Shown piece by piece: positions 28,496-38,070 of a DNA stretch of 64,000 nucleotides; position 1 is the first letter of the stretch; each line of letters starts with the position of its first letter. Source of the DNA: Myxococcota bacterium (lineage in GTDB: Bacteria; Myxococcota_A; UBA9160; SZUA-336). The translations under genes were made by a program, and so were the position numbers. The stretch lies in the NCBI GenBank assembly GCA_965247115.1, contig CBDFGR010000003.1, positions 1,664,001-1,728,000 of the forward strand, given 5' to 3'. The notes beneath the pieces are model-generated. The model saw only the letters and a list, made by a program, of their open reading frames with translations. It had not been told where the DNA came from and ran no database searches.

Positions 28496-30751
28496 CTACT
28501 TGTAGAGGAATGCATCTGGCTCTTCTCTCGGCAGCCGGATGCGGGGGAAGGCGGCCAGGCCCAGGTTGTCGAGATCTCCGCGCAATACGAGCTCGACGGG
28601 GAGAATGCTGCGGCGCTGCCTGACGTTTCCGTACTTCTCCTGTGTACTCAGGAACTCGGCCTGGGAGCGCGCCGTTGGGCGCAGATCGGCAACGTCGAGC
28701 AGTCCGAGGCGCGCCCGCTCGAAAAACAGGTCGCGCTGCGGGTCGGGTTGGGGCTGCTCGCGTGCATCGGTCGCCTGCTGGTGATGGCTGGCCTCCTCGA
28801 GCAGCGCGACGAAGTGTGCGAACTGTTGCGGTGGGATCATGCGGACGAGCGGGTCGCGCCCTTCGAGCGAGATCTCCACGTACGTGCGGCCCAGCAGGAA
28901 GATTCCGTCCTCGCCGATTTCCCCGTTGTCGTGCTCGCCGTCGAACAGCTCCGGTCGCAGGCCGAGGGCAGCCGACCCCCACAGCTCGGGAAACTCGAGC
29001 AAGAAGTCGCGCGAGACGCGGATCCGCTGTGCGGACGCCCGGCTCATCGACTCACGTAGCGTGTCGCGCGCCTCTTCCGCCGCGTCGGTCTCGGGATACT
29101 CGATGATGATTGCGCGCAGCAACGCGACCTTGAGGTCGATGCGTTGCTGTGCTTCCGCCGCCATCAGCGTGCGCTCTGCGATCCTGTCGCGGTACTTCTC
29201 GACGCGGTCAGAATCGATCCGCTCTCTCGCCTGATGGCGCTCGAGCGCGCTGAGCCAACGACCGCGCTGCGCGTAGAGAGTTTCCAGCTTCCGGTTCACC
29301 TCTTCCGCGTGGGGGCCTTGGGGAAAGCGCTTGAGGTAGCGCTCGCCCGTGGTGATCACCCCGTCGCCGAAGCGGCTTCGTGTCCTCGGGTAGCGGATCA
29401 TGCGGATCGGGAAGACGGCGATGGAGACGATCCGTCCTGGAAGCTCGAGCAGGGCCTCGACGGGCATGGGGAACGTATCTCGGGACGGCCTCCAGCTGCT
29501 CCGGCCCAACATGACCCAGTTTGTACGCTGGCTTCGGTCGGCGCGGACTGCGCTCTTGTAGTACCCGTACGGGTTCTGGTCCAGGGAGGCGAGGACCGCG
29601 CTCGCGTGCCGGGCCATGTTCGAGTCCCTGGCACGCGCGACGTGCAGCATTCCCTGCGTGAACTCGTCCTCTTCGCCTGCGAGGCGCGCTGCGAGGCTCT
29701 CGATGAAGGCCAGCTCGTCGGCGAGCGGTCCCGGATCCAGCTCCGTTTTCGAGGCGCGAGCGAGCTCGGCGATCCGCGCGGGGGGCTCGCTCAGCACGGC
29801 TGTGGCCAGGCTTTCAACAGCTCGGCGCGCCTCCGAGCCGACAGCTGTGGGGACCAGTGCGGCGGCCCTCCAGCTGTCGTGCCACGCCCGCTGCTCCGCC
29901 TCGCTCCGCTGGCTGGCGAGGGCGCGCAGCTCGGCGGAGCGGGGGGTGGCGGGGATGAGTCGGTCCGCTCGGTCGAGGTGTGCCAGAGTCGCGGCAGCGG
30001 AGCCGGCCTCGTGCGCTCGCTCCGCGGCGTCCATGGCCTTGCCGTGCAGGAAGCCCGTGCGCTTCGCCTGGTAGCGCTCGATGCGTTTGCCGAGCTTCTC
30101 CGCCTCGGGCGCATCGGGGTACTCGCTGAGGTACTCCTCCCACTCGTGGAGCGCCTTCCGCTCCCATGGGGTGACGTCGGGGAACGAGGTGAGCACTCGG
30201 ATCGACGCCACGGTAGAGCGTACAGTCTCAACCGGATTGAGCGCGACACCGACGCTGAGGCGGGAGAGTGGGGCGACGGCGCGGTTGAAGATCGAGCCGG
30301 CCTTGTAGCGTCGGTAGTCCGCCAGCGAGTCCGCGGCGCTCTCCAGCGGCTGGTCCTCGAGGTAGCGCTCGAGCCGCAGGCGAAGCGCTGGGTCGAGGTC
30401 GTTGCGCTTCAGCATCTGCTCCGAGAGCTCCACGTAGGCGCGCTCGCCGCGTGCGGCGTTCAGCACGTCCTCCGCGTTGTCCGCGAGGCCCGTGTGCGGT
30501 CCGAGACGCAGTCGCTCGAGCTCGGCTCCCGCCGACACCAGGTCGTCCGCAAGCGCCAGTGCAGCCAGCTCGGAGGCGCTCTGCTCAGCCTCGTCGGCGA
30601 GCACGGGACGCGGGGGCCGCTGCCGGGTCAGGGGGTCAAGCTCGCTCGGCGCTGGGCCCCGCCCGCTGCTGCATGCCGCCAGCATGACGGCCACCACAAG
30701 GCACGCGCTCGTGATGCCGCAACGCGGTGAGTCAGTGCTGCAGCTTCTCAT
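28496..30751 (-). CDS. Large hypothetical lipoprotein with TPR/BamD-like helical repeats
   Basis: MRSCSTDSPRCGITSACLVVAVMLAAC lipobox; YLSEYPDAPEA, YLKRFPQGPHA, IIEYPETDAA motifs. Confidence 0.6.
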   Translation of the reverse strand: MRSCSTDSPRCGITSACLVVAVMLAACSSGRGPAPSELDPLTRQRPPRPVLADEAEQSASELAALALADDLVSAGAELERLRLGPHTGLADNAEDVLNAARGERAYVELSEQMLKRNDLDPALRLRLERYLEDQPLESAADSLADYRRYKAGSIFNRAVAPLSRLSVGVALNPVETVRSTVASIRVLTSFPDVTPWERKALHEWEEYLSEYPDAPEAEKLGKRIERYQAKRTGFLHGKAMDAAERAHEAGSAAATLAHLDRADRLIPATPRSAELRALASQRSEAEQRAWHDSWRAAALVPTAVGSEARRAVESLATAVLSEPPARIAELARASKTELDPGPLADELAFIESLAARLAGEEDEFTQGMLHVARARDSNMARHASAVLASLDQNPYGYYKSAVRADRSQRTNWVMLGRSSWRPSRDTFPMPVEALLELPGRIVSIAVFPIRMIRYPRTRSRFGDGVITTGERYLKRFPQGPHAEEVNRKLETLYAQRGRWLSALERHQARERIDSDRVEKYRDRIAERTLMAAEAQQRIDLKVALLRAIIIEYPETDAAEEARDTLRESMSRASAQRIRVSRDFLLEFPELWGSAALGLRPELFDGEHDNGEIGEDGIFLLGRTYVEISLEGRDPLVRMIPPQQFAHFVALLEEASHHQQATDAREQPQPDPQRDLFFERARLGLLDVADLRPTARSQAEFLSTQEKYGNVRQRRSILPVELVLRGDLDNLGLAAFPRIRLPREEPDAFLYK

Positions 30752-31661
30752 CGTGAACCTGGAGCTGGAACGCGAGGAAGGCCTCGAGCTTGCGCGTCGC
30801 CTCCACCTTCTCCACGCCACCGTCCTGCTGTGACACGGTCTCGTACAGGCGCGTGGCGTTGTAGGCGTAATCGTCGAAGGTGGCGGGATCGAAGCGCAGA
30901 GATGCGGGCGTGGCCTCGCGAACGTAGCGGCGCGAGAGGGCTGAGTAGAAATCCGCGAGATCGAGCAGATGGCGGTAGCGATTGCGGCTGTCGGGATGGT
31001 TTGCGACGAGCGCGCGGAATTCGTCGAGGGCCAGCTGATCAAGCCGTGGGTTTGCCCTTGCTCGGACCGCGAAGCTCGAAGCGCGCGCGGCATCGGTCCG
31101 CTCGAGCTCCTCCATCCCGACGTAGGCGTAGTGCGTGCCGGCGACGTCGACGAGCAGCCCTTCGAGTGCGGCGCGGCGCTCGTCGAAGACCCGCAACGCC
31201 TGCTCCGGAGTGCTCTCGGCGCTCGGTGCGAGTGTGCTTGCGGCGAGCAAGCGAGTACAGATCTCGTTTCCAAGCGTGGCAGGCCCGACCAGGGCGGAGT
31301 CCATCGCGCTCACCCGCTGGTAGTGTTTGGCCGCGAGCTCGTACTCGCGGATGCGTTCCAGGGCGCGTCCCTTCGCGAAGAGCACCACGTCGAGCAGGTA
31401 CCCCGAGGCGAGCTTCTGCGCGTAGGCCTCTTCCATGCTCTCGAGGCGGTTGAGGGAGGCGCGGTAGACGTTCTTCCCGGTGAAGTCGCGCGCGGGCGGG
31501 AAGCGATACGTGTCGTCCTCGATGTGAAGCCGGAGGACCGAGACGACTTCGAGGATGCTCTCCGTGGCTTCGTAACGCGGCGCGGTCTCGGGAGCTTTCC
31601 CGCAAGAGGTGAGCCCCCCGGCGATCAGACAGGGCAGCAGGAGGAGGGGCCTCAATCTCAT
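30732..31661 (-). CDS. Hypothetical lipoprotein, TPR-like
   Basis: MRLRPLLLLPCLIAGGLTSC lipobox; LFAKGRALERIREYELAAKHY; FRALVANHPDS. Confidence 0.65.
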   Translation of the reverse strand: MRLRPLLLLPCLIAGGLTSCGKAPETAPRYEATESILEVVSVLRLHIEDDTYRFPPARDFTGKNVYRASLNRLESMEEAYAQKLASGYLLDVVLFAKGRALERIREYELAAKHYQRVSAMDSALVGPATLGNEICTRLLAASTLAPSAESTPEQALRVFDERRAALEGLLVDVAGTHYAYVGMEELERTDAARASSFAVRARANPRLDQLALDEFRALVANHPDSRNRYRHLLDLADFYSALSRRYVREATPASLRFDPATFDDYAYNATRLYETVSQQDGGVEKVEATRKLEAFLAFQLQVHDEKLQH

Positions 31662-31671
31662 GTCACATCCC

Positions 31672-33210
31672 TCAGGAGTGTGACGGCGACTGCACGATGA
31701 GATTCAGCATCTTCTCGGTGGCGATCACGGCTGCCCCGAGCTGGTCGGAGTCGACTCCGAGCGTTGTAAACGGGTCGGAGCGGGAGCTTCTCTGCCAGGT
31801 GATCAGCGTCTCCACGAGCGCCCCGGTCTTGCCACCCGGCGGAATGCGCACCTGGTAGTCGGCGAGCTGCGGCAGCTTGAGCTCGAAGCTGCGAGCGGCC
31901 TTTGCGAGGGCCTTCATGAAGGCGTCGTAGCCGCCGTCCCCGCTGGACTTGCCACGCGCCACCTTGCCCTGGAAGGAGAGCGACACGGCTGCGACGGGGA
32001 GAGCGGAGCTGGTCGAGTGGATGTCCCAGCTCTCGACGCGGACGAGCTGCTTCTCCGGGGTTTTGAGCACGTCGGCGATGATCAGCGGCAGATCAGCGAT
32101 GGTCACGGTGTGTTTCTTGTCTCCGAGCTCCACGACGCGCTCGAGTACGAGGTCGCGCTTTTCCGGCTGGAGCTTGATCCCGAGAACCTTGAGATTCTGG
32201 TCGAGCGAAGCCTTGCCAGCCATTTTTCCTAGCGCGTAGTGCCTGCGCCGGCCGAAGCGACGCGGCAGTAGCTTGTTCGCGTATAGCTCGGCCTTCCAGT
32301 CCCCATCCGCGTGAATGCCCGCCGTCTGGGTGAATACGTCTCGACCGATCACGGGCGAGTTGTCGGCGATCTGCTTGCCCGAGAAAGTCACCACCATCTG
32401 ACTGACCGCTGTGAGCTTGCTCTCGTCGACTCGAGTCGTGGCAGAGGTCAGGTCTCGAAGACATGCGACGATCTCGGCGAGGCGTGTGTTCCCGGCCCGC
32501 TCCCCCATTCCGTTCACGCTCGTGTGTATCCCACGAGCACCGGACTCGATGGCGGCGAGGCAGTTCGCGTTTGCGAGCCCGTAGTCGTTGTGGCCGTGAA
32601 ACTCGAAGTGCAGGTCTGGCCAGGTTCGCGTCATGAGACCCACGTAGCGTGCGGTCTCCTGGGGCGACTGGGACCCCAGCGTATCCGCCAGGTAGATGCG
32701 CTTCACTCCGAGACCAGCCAGGTTCTTGACGTGCCCGAACACGTAGTCGAAACCGTCGCGGACGCCGGATGACCAGTCCTCGAGAAACACGTTGACGAGC
32801 AGCTCCCGCTCGCCTGCGTAGCGCACTGTCTCCGCGATCCGTTCGAAGTGCTTCTCCGGGGAGATCCGCAGCTGCTCCTCGCAGTGCCGCTGGGAGCCCT
32901 TGGTCAGCAAGTTGATGACCCGCCCACCCATCTTCACGATCCAGTCGACGGACGCTTTTCCATCGACAAAGCCGAGGATCTCGACACGGTCCAAGAGGCG
33001 GGACCTGCGCGCCCAGCTCGTGATGCGCTGGACCGCTTGCGCCTCGCCGTCTGAAACCCTGGCGCTGGCGATCTCGATGCGGTCCACCTTCACGTTGCGG
33101 AGCAGAAGCCGCGCGAGCTGGAGCTTTTCCGAAGGTGTGTAGGCCACGTTCGGCGTCTGCTCGCCGTCCCGCAGCGTGGTGTCCATGATCTGTGTCGCGC
33201 GCTCAGCCAA
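31672..33210 (-). CDS. cimA: Citramalate synthase (LeuA/CimA family)
   Basis: IMDTTLRDGEQT, KVDRIEIASARVS, HGHNDYG, GMGERAGN, TQTAGIHADGD, LeuA-type regulatory domain. Confidence 0.8.
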   Translation of the reverse strand: MAERATQIMDTTLRDGEQTPNVAYTPSEKLQLARLLLRNVKVDRIEIASARVSDGEAQAVQRITSWARRSRLLDRVEILGFVDGKASVDWIVKMGGRVINLLTKGSQRHCEEQLRISPEKHFERIAETVRYAGERELLVNVFLEDWSSGVRDGFDYVFGHVKNLAGLGVKRIYLADTLGSQSPQETARYVGLMTRTWPDLHFEFHGHNDYGLANANCLAAIESGARGIHTSVNGMGERAGNTRLAEIVACLRDLTSATTRVDESKLTAVSQMVVTFSGKQIADNSPVIGRDVFTQTAGIHADGDWKAELYANKLLPRRFGRRRHYALGKMAGKASLDQNLKVLGIKLQPEKRDLVLERVVELGDKKHTVTIADLPLIIADVLKTPEKQLVRVESWDIHSTSSALPVAAVSLSFQGKVARGKSSGDGGYDAFMKALAKAARSFELKLPQLADYQVRIPPGGKTGALVETLITWQRSSRSDPFTTLGVDSDQLGAAVIATEKMLNLIVQSPSHS

Positions 33211-33335
33211 CAGCGCCCCCGATCGTCCTGCAGGAGCTGGATCCTGCGAAATTGGGGTGACCCGCCACACTAGGGGTCAACCCAGCGATGTCAACTTGCA
33301 GAGAGCCGAGAAGCCCAGCGGCTGCCCCCGCCTTC

Positions 33336-34250
33336 CTAGGTAGGAAGCGAGTCGGGCTCACCTTCTTTCGCGGTGCGCTCGTCCGCGACGCGCTTCGCTT
33401 CGAGCAAAGTGGGAACCACCTGGTCGAGCTCTTCCAGCGTCCACAGATGATCCGTCTTGAAGGATCGGATCACGGCGGGCTGCTGCATGATCCCGACCTG
33501 ACCACCCGACACGTGAATGATCTGACCGGTCACGTCCTGGGCAGCAGGCGACGCCAGCCAGGTCACGACGGGCGCGATCTGCTGGGGGCCGACGAGCGGG
33601 TCATCGGGGTTTACCTCGGCGCCGCGACCCTCCATCAGAGCGATGGTCATGCGGGTGGCAGCGCCGGGCGAGATGGTGTTGACGGTGCACTGGTACTTCT
33701 GGAGCTCTAGCGCGAGAACGCGAGTGAAGCCCGCGATCCCCGCCTTGGCGGCAGCGTAGTTCGCCTGTCCGAAGTTGCCGTACAGCCCGGAGACCGAAGA
33801 GAAGTTGATGATCCGACAGCCGGGACGGTTCGTCTCGCGGATGAAGCGCGCAAACGGGGCGGAGCAGCAGAAGTGCCCCTTCAAGTGGACGGCGATGACG
33901 GCGTCCCACTCCGCCTCCGTCATCTTGAAGATCGTCTTGTCACGCAGGATGCCCGCGTTGTTGACCAGGATGTCGCAGCCGTCGAAGTTGTCGATCGCAG
34001 TCTGAAAGAGCGCCTGGCCACCCTCGACAGTGGCGACGGTGTCGTAGTTCGCGACGGCGGTGCCACCGGCGGCTTCGATCTCGGCAACGACTTCGTCAGC
34101 GACGCGTCCCCCACCGGTTCCGTCCACGTCGCCACCGAGGTCGTTGACGATCACGCTCGCCCCCTCGCTGGCGAAGTAGAGCGCCATCTCCCTGCCGATT
34201 CCTCGGCCGGACCCGGTAACGATCGCAATCTTTCCGTCGAGTACGCCCAT
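33336..34250 (-). CDS. SDR family NAD(P)-dependent oxidoreductase (3-hydroxyacyl-CoA dehydrogenase-like)
   Basis: TGSGRGIG, NNAGILRD, NFGQANYAAAK. Confidence 0.92.
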   Translation of the reverse strand: MGVLDGKIAIVTGSGRGIGREMALYFASEGASVIVNDLGGDVDGTGGGRVADEVVAEIEAAGGTAVANYDTVATVEGGQALFQTAIDNFDGCDILVNNAGILRDKTIFKMTEAEWDAVIAVHLKGHFCCSAPFARFIRETNRPGCRIINFSSVSGLYGNFGQANYAAAKAGIAGFTRVLALELQKYQCTVNTISPGAATRMTIALMEGRGAEVNPDDPLVGPQQIAPVVTWLASPAAQDVTGQIIHVSGGQVGIMQQPAVIRSFKTDHLWTLEELDQVVPTLLEAKRVADERTAKEGEPDSLPT

Positions 34251-34296
34251 GCTGTCCTCCTGGCGAAAGAGGACCGATTGTACCCGAACGGGACTC

Positions 34297-34776
34297 CTAT
34301 CTGTCGGAGCCGGGTCGGCGCCCCTGCCGCGGGTTCTGCGACCTCCCTCTATCGTCGCCGAGAAACCGCTTGATGCGCCGGCGCTGCTCGTCCGGGAGTC
34401 GTTGCCAGCGGCGGTACTGGTCGGTCAGGTCGCGACGCTGCCCCGGTGAGAGCTGACGCCAGCGCTGGAAGTTCTGGTGCAGCCGCTTGCGGCGCTCGGG
34501 TGTGAGCTCCTTCCACTGGCGATAGCTCTGGCGCATCTGCTTGCGCTTCTCGGCGGGGAGACTGCGGAAGCGTTCCATGCGTCGGCGCAGCTCCTGGCGC
34601 TGCTCCGGAGTCGCCTCCTGCAGCTGGCGGTAGCGCCGGCGCAGCTCGTCTCGCTCGTCGGCAGTGAGGCTGTTCCAGAGCTCCACCTTCGCTTCCTGCT
34701 CCGAATCCGCGGCGTAGGCCCGACTCGGGCCCGCTGCCAGGAAAAGCAGACACAGCAGTGCGACGAGGCGCGTCAT
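34297..34776 (-). CDS. DUF3106-like secreted helical-repeat protein
   Basis: Signal peptide; repeats W/FxxLxPExRxxLR (WNSLTADER, FRSLPAEKR, WKELTPERR, WRQLSPGQR, WQRLPDEQR). Confidence 0.8.
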   Translation of the reverse strand: MTRLVALLCLLFLAAGPSRAYAADSEQEAKVELWNSLTADERDELRRRYRQLQEATPEQRQELRRRMERFRSLPAEKRKQMRQSYRQWKELTPERRKRLHQNFQRWRQLSPGQRRDLTDQYRRWQRLPDEQRRRIKRFLGDDRGRSQNPRQGRRPGSDR

Positions 34777-35015
34777 GGAGCCTCGCCCCCATCCAGGTCG
34801 GAGGTCGGGATCGGCAGGTTCTCGCCCGGATCCCAGCTCTCGAGCATCTCCAGCTGAATCAGCAGCTCGAGCGCGTCGAGAATCGCGAGGTCCTCCTCGG
34901 AGAGCTCCGTCGCGCTTGTCGGCTCCGTTGCCGCCTCGTCCGCGGATGCGGGCATCGCAGCCAGCAGGCCGAGCACGGCCAGCGGAAGGCTCAGATGTCC
35001 TCGCTTCCATCCCAT
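34773..35015 (-). CDS. Small secreted acidic protein
   Basis: MGWKRGHLSLPLAVLGLLAAMPASA signal; LSEEDLAILDALELLIQLEMLESWD; overlaps both neighbours. Confidence 0.6.
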   Translation of the reverse strand: MGWKRGHLSLPLAVLGLLAAMPASADEAATEPTSATELSEEDLAILDALELLIQLEMLESWDPGENLPIPTSDLDGGEAP

Positions 35016-35464
35016 ACCTCGAGTATCTCCAGTAGGTCGAGCAGCTCGAGATCTCCCTCCTGGAAGAGCTCGTAGTTCTCCGCGTCTACGACGATGGGCC
35101 AGTCCGGATCGGGATCCGTCGGTGTGCGAACCAGCAGGGCGATCGCCGCAGCCACGGCCGCTGCACTGCCCAGTCCGAGCGCGACACGAGATCCTGTCAG
35201 CCACTCTGGCAACCCCGCGAGCCAGCGTGGGCGGGATTCGCCCTCGCTGGCGAGCCTGGCCCAGAAGCGGACTGTGAACTCGGGAGAGGGCTCCAGCTGG
35301 GGCAGCGAGGCCAGTACTTCGCTCAGCTGTCGCTGCCGCTGGAGCTCCTGGCTGCAGCCCCCGCACGTTGCGAGATGGCTTTCGAGTGCGGTGCGCAGCG
35401 CCGACTCCAGCTCATGGTCGAGGTAGGCAACCAGATCCTCTCGGTGGTTGCTGCAGGGCGTCAC
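34991..35464 (-). CDS. Zinc-finger (ZAS) membrane anti-sigma factor
   Basis: LVAYLDHEL...HLATCGGC (Hx3Cx2C); one TM segment. Confidence 0.88.
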   Translation of the reverse strand: MTPCSNHREDLVAYLDHELESALRTALESHLATCGGCSQELQRQRQLSEVLASLPQLEPSPEFTVRFWARLASEGESRPRWLAGLPEWLTGSRVALGLGSAAAVAAAIALLVRTPTDPDPDWPIVVDAENYELFQEGDLELLDLLEILEVWDGSEDI

Positions 35465-36012
35465 TCTGGAATCTCCTTCAACTCGGACAGCAGGTTCTCG
35501 CGCGCCCGGTGAAGCAGGCTCTTCACGCCGGAGACGCTTGCTCCCATGACCTCGCCGATCTCCTGGTAGTCGAGCCCCTGCTCGGAGCGCAGCAGGAGTG
35601 CCGAGCGTTGCCGGTCCGGAAGCTTCGAGAGCGCGGCCTCCAGCGCTTCCCCGAGCTGGCGCGCCGCGATCCTGTCTTCTGCATCCGGCAGCGTGTCCCT
35701 GGGCTCGGGCACGCTGCCCGGGACGAACGGACGCTCTCGCTTGCGGTAGGCCCGGTCGAGGTCGTTCAGGGCCAGGTTGTGCGCGATGCCAAACACCCAG
35801 GTCGAGAACTTCGCCCTCGGCTCGTAGCGTTCGACCGCTGTGTACACACGTACGAACACGTCCTGTGTGAGCTCCTCGGCGCGCTCCCGGTCACGAACCA
35901 TGCGAGCGAGAAAGTTCAACAAGCGCGGGGTGTAGCGCTCAAAAAGGTCCTCGAAGGCCCTTCGGTCTCCCGCCTTGAACGCGAGCATCTGCTGCGCGTC
36001 ATCGTCGATCAT
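35461..36012 (-). CDS. ECF sigma-70 factor
   Basis: AEELTQDVF, FSTWVFGIAHN, LPDRQRSALLL, YQEIGEVMG...VKSLLHRAR. Confidence 0.93.
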   Translation of the reverse strand: MIDDDAQQMLAFKAGDRRAFEDLFERYTPRLLNFLARMVRDRERAEELTQDVFVRVYTAVERYEPRAKFSTWVFGIAHNLALNDLDRAYRKRERPFVPGSVPEPRDTLPDAEDRIAARQLGEALEAALSKLPDRQRSALLLRSEQGLDYQEIGEVMGASVSGVKSLLHRARENLLSELKEIPE

Positions 36013-36085
36013 TCAGCGCTGCCTGCGTCGACCCCTCGCTCCAGGTGGAACCGGCGGGGCGCCCTTTGGTTGCGGGGTCACCGTC

Positions 36086-36505
36086 TCAGGCTCCCCCTCG
36101 CTCGAGCCTGGCCCGTAGCGCCTGGCTCATCCGATCGATCTGAATGCGCAGGGGACCGCGGATCGTCAGCTCTGGGACGAGGGTCCGTGTGCGTCCCTGC
36201 ATGCGCAGCTGCACTCGGGTGAGCTCCGTCGCCAGGTTCTCCAGCCGGACCTCGCCAGCCAGAGAACGCCAGATGTTGCCATCACAGATCTTCTGGAAGC
36301 GCAGGCCCTCCGCGTGTCTCGTGAACTGGAAGCGCACGTCTCTGGACTGTCCGAGCGGAGCGGCGGTGCGGGTCTCGCGTGTCCCGTCCGCCCTGGGAGT
36401 CACACTGGTCCCGGGCAGGAGACATTCGATCGTTGCATCGTCGTCGAGTAGCGACGCGACTTCAGACAGTGGCCGGTGGACGTCGAACTCCCTCTCGAAG
36501 TGCAT
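36086..36505 (-). CDS. SRPBCC/CoxG-like protein
   Basis: MHFEREFDV..LSEVASLLDD...ECLLPG START-fold N-terminus; C-terminal helix. Confidence 0.6.
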   Translation of the reverse strand: MHFEREFDVHRPLSEVASLLDDDATIECLLPGTSVTPRADGTRETRTAAPLGQSRDVRFQFTRHAEGLRFQKICDGNIWRSLAGEVRLENLATELTRVQLRMQGRTRTLVPELTIRGPLRIQIDRMSQALRARLERGGA

Positions 36506-36570
36506 CCGCCCCCTCCTCTCGAGCCAGCATAGCAGCCGGGAGTCCGAGGTCCGACTGTTATACTCGCCGC

Positions 36571-38070
36571 TTGTCGCGCCTCTCTGCCGTGTTGCTGCTC
36601 GTCTTCCTTCCGCCCTTTGCGCTCGGGGCGGACCCGTTCCAGGTGGAGCTCTTCGCGACGGAGGGACGCACGGTAAGCGCGGAGATCGCGGACCTGAACG
36701 GGAACGGGCGCGGCGACCTGATGCAGATCGTGTTCGTCGGGTTCCCGCCGGAGGAACGCCGCAGCATCCGCGTGTTCCTGCAGCGCCCCGATGGGAGCTT
36801 CGAGCCTACGCCGAGCTTCGAGCGGCCGCTTCCCGCCGGGAGTGCCGCCTATGATCTCGTCGATCTCGACTCCGAGCCGGGCGTCGAGATCCTCCTGCTG
36901 CGTTCGCGGGGGATCCTGGCGTTTTCTCTGGCCGAACCCAACTCCTCGCAGCGAGAATTCGCGGTGCCCGATGGCGAGACGATCGGGGCCGTCGAGGACG
37001 AGCGTGGTGTCGACCGCCTCAGGCTCGCCTGGCCCGAACTCGGGTCGCCCCCGTGGCTGATCGTCCCACAGCTGAGCTCCGTGACCGTCCTGTCTCCGGA
37101 TGGGGAGCTGAGGGGTCAGCCGCGCGTCGGGGCGCGCGCCAACTACTTTGTGACGCCGCGCCCGGGACCGCTCCTGGTCGAGAGCGACATCCAGCTGTTT
37201 CTCGACGTGCCGAAGCTCTCGGTCGGAGACGTCGACGGGGATGGCGTGTCGGATCTGATCGCCTCGGCCAGGCACGAGGTGCGCGTGTTTCTGCGCCGCG
37301 ACGACGGGGGCTTCCGGACTCTGGCGGATCGCTCGCTTCCACTGGCCCGTGTCTCTGCGCTCGATCACGTGCGGGGTAATGGCGCCGTGCGCGTGGCGGC
37401 CTCGGACCTGAATGGCGACGACCAGCTCGATCTGCTGATCTCGCACCTGAGCGGCAGCGTGTTCGACGCGGCCTTTCGGACCTCGGTCCACCTCAACCGG
37501 GCAGGGGTGTGGAATCTGGAGGAGCCCGACCAGGTGTTCGAGACGGAGGGCTGGGGGACAGACGAGCTCGTAGACCTGGACGGCGACGGCAAGCTGGAGC
37601 TCGTGCGCGTGCGACTGGACCTCAGCGTGCTGGAGATTATCGAGGCTCTCGTGACACGCTCGCTCGACGCGCGGGTCGAGATTTACCGGTCCGGCGCGGA
37701 GTCCGGCTTCGCCACCGAGCCTGCGATGAAGCGCAAGCTCGACCTGGCCCTCGACTTCGAGAGCGGGCGGGCGCGGGGCTTCGTTCCGAATGTGCGCGCG
37801 GACCTGAACGGAGATGGCTATCGCGACCTGCTCAATTCGGGCGCAGGGAAGCGCGTGGAGGTGTTCCTCGGCGGCTCGCGTGATCCGTACTCGCGGCGCG
37901 CTGCGCGGCAATCGTTCGCAACGAACGGCCGAATCCGCTTCGGAGACCTGGAAGGGGACGGGATGGCCGACTTCGTGCTCTACGATCAGCGAGACCAGGA
38001 CGGGCCGCTGCGCCTGGTCCGGAACCTGGGCGTGTTGCCCGGCTCCGTTCAGCGGACCTCCACCCAGTAG
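36571..38070 (+). CDS. Secreted FG-GAP/VCBS beta-propeller repeat protein
   Basis: Signal peptide; DLNGNGRGDL, DVDGDGVSDL, DLNGDDQLDL, DLDGDGKLEL, DLNGDGYRDL, DLEGDGMADF. Confidence 0.8.
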   Translation: MSRLSAVLLLVFLPPFALGADPFQVELFATEGRTVSAEIADLNGNGRGDLMQIVFVGFPPEERRSIRVFLQRPDGSFEPTPSFERPLPAGSAAYDLVDLDSEPGVEILLLRSRGILAFSLAEPNSSQREFAVPDGETIGAVEDERGVDRLRLAWPELGSPPWLIVPQLSSVTVLSPDGELRGQPRVGARANYFVTPRPGPLLVESDIQLFLDVPKLSVGDVDGDGVSDLIASARHEVRVFLRRDDGGFRTLADRSLPLARVSALDHVRGNGAVRVAASDLNGDDQLDLLISHLSGSVFDAAFRTSVHLNRAGVWNLEEPDQVFETEGWGTDELVDLDGDGKLELVRVRLDLSVLEIIEALVTRSLDARVEIYRSGAESGFATEPAMKRKLDLALDFESGRARGFVPNVRADLNGDGYRDLLNSGAGKRVEVFLGGSRDPYSRRAARQSFATNGRIRFGDLEGDGMADFVLYDQRDQDGPLRLVRNLGVLPGSVQRTSTQ

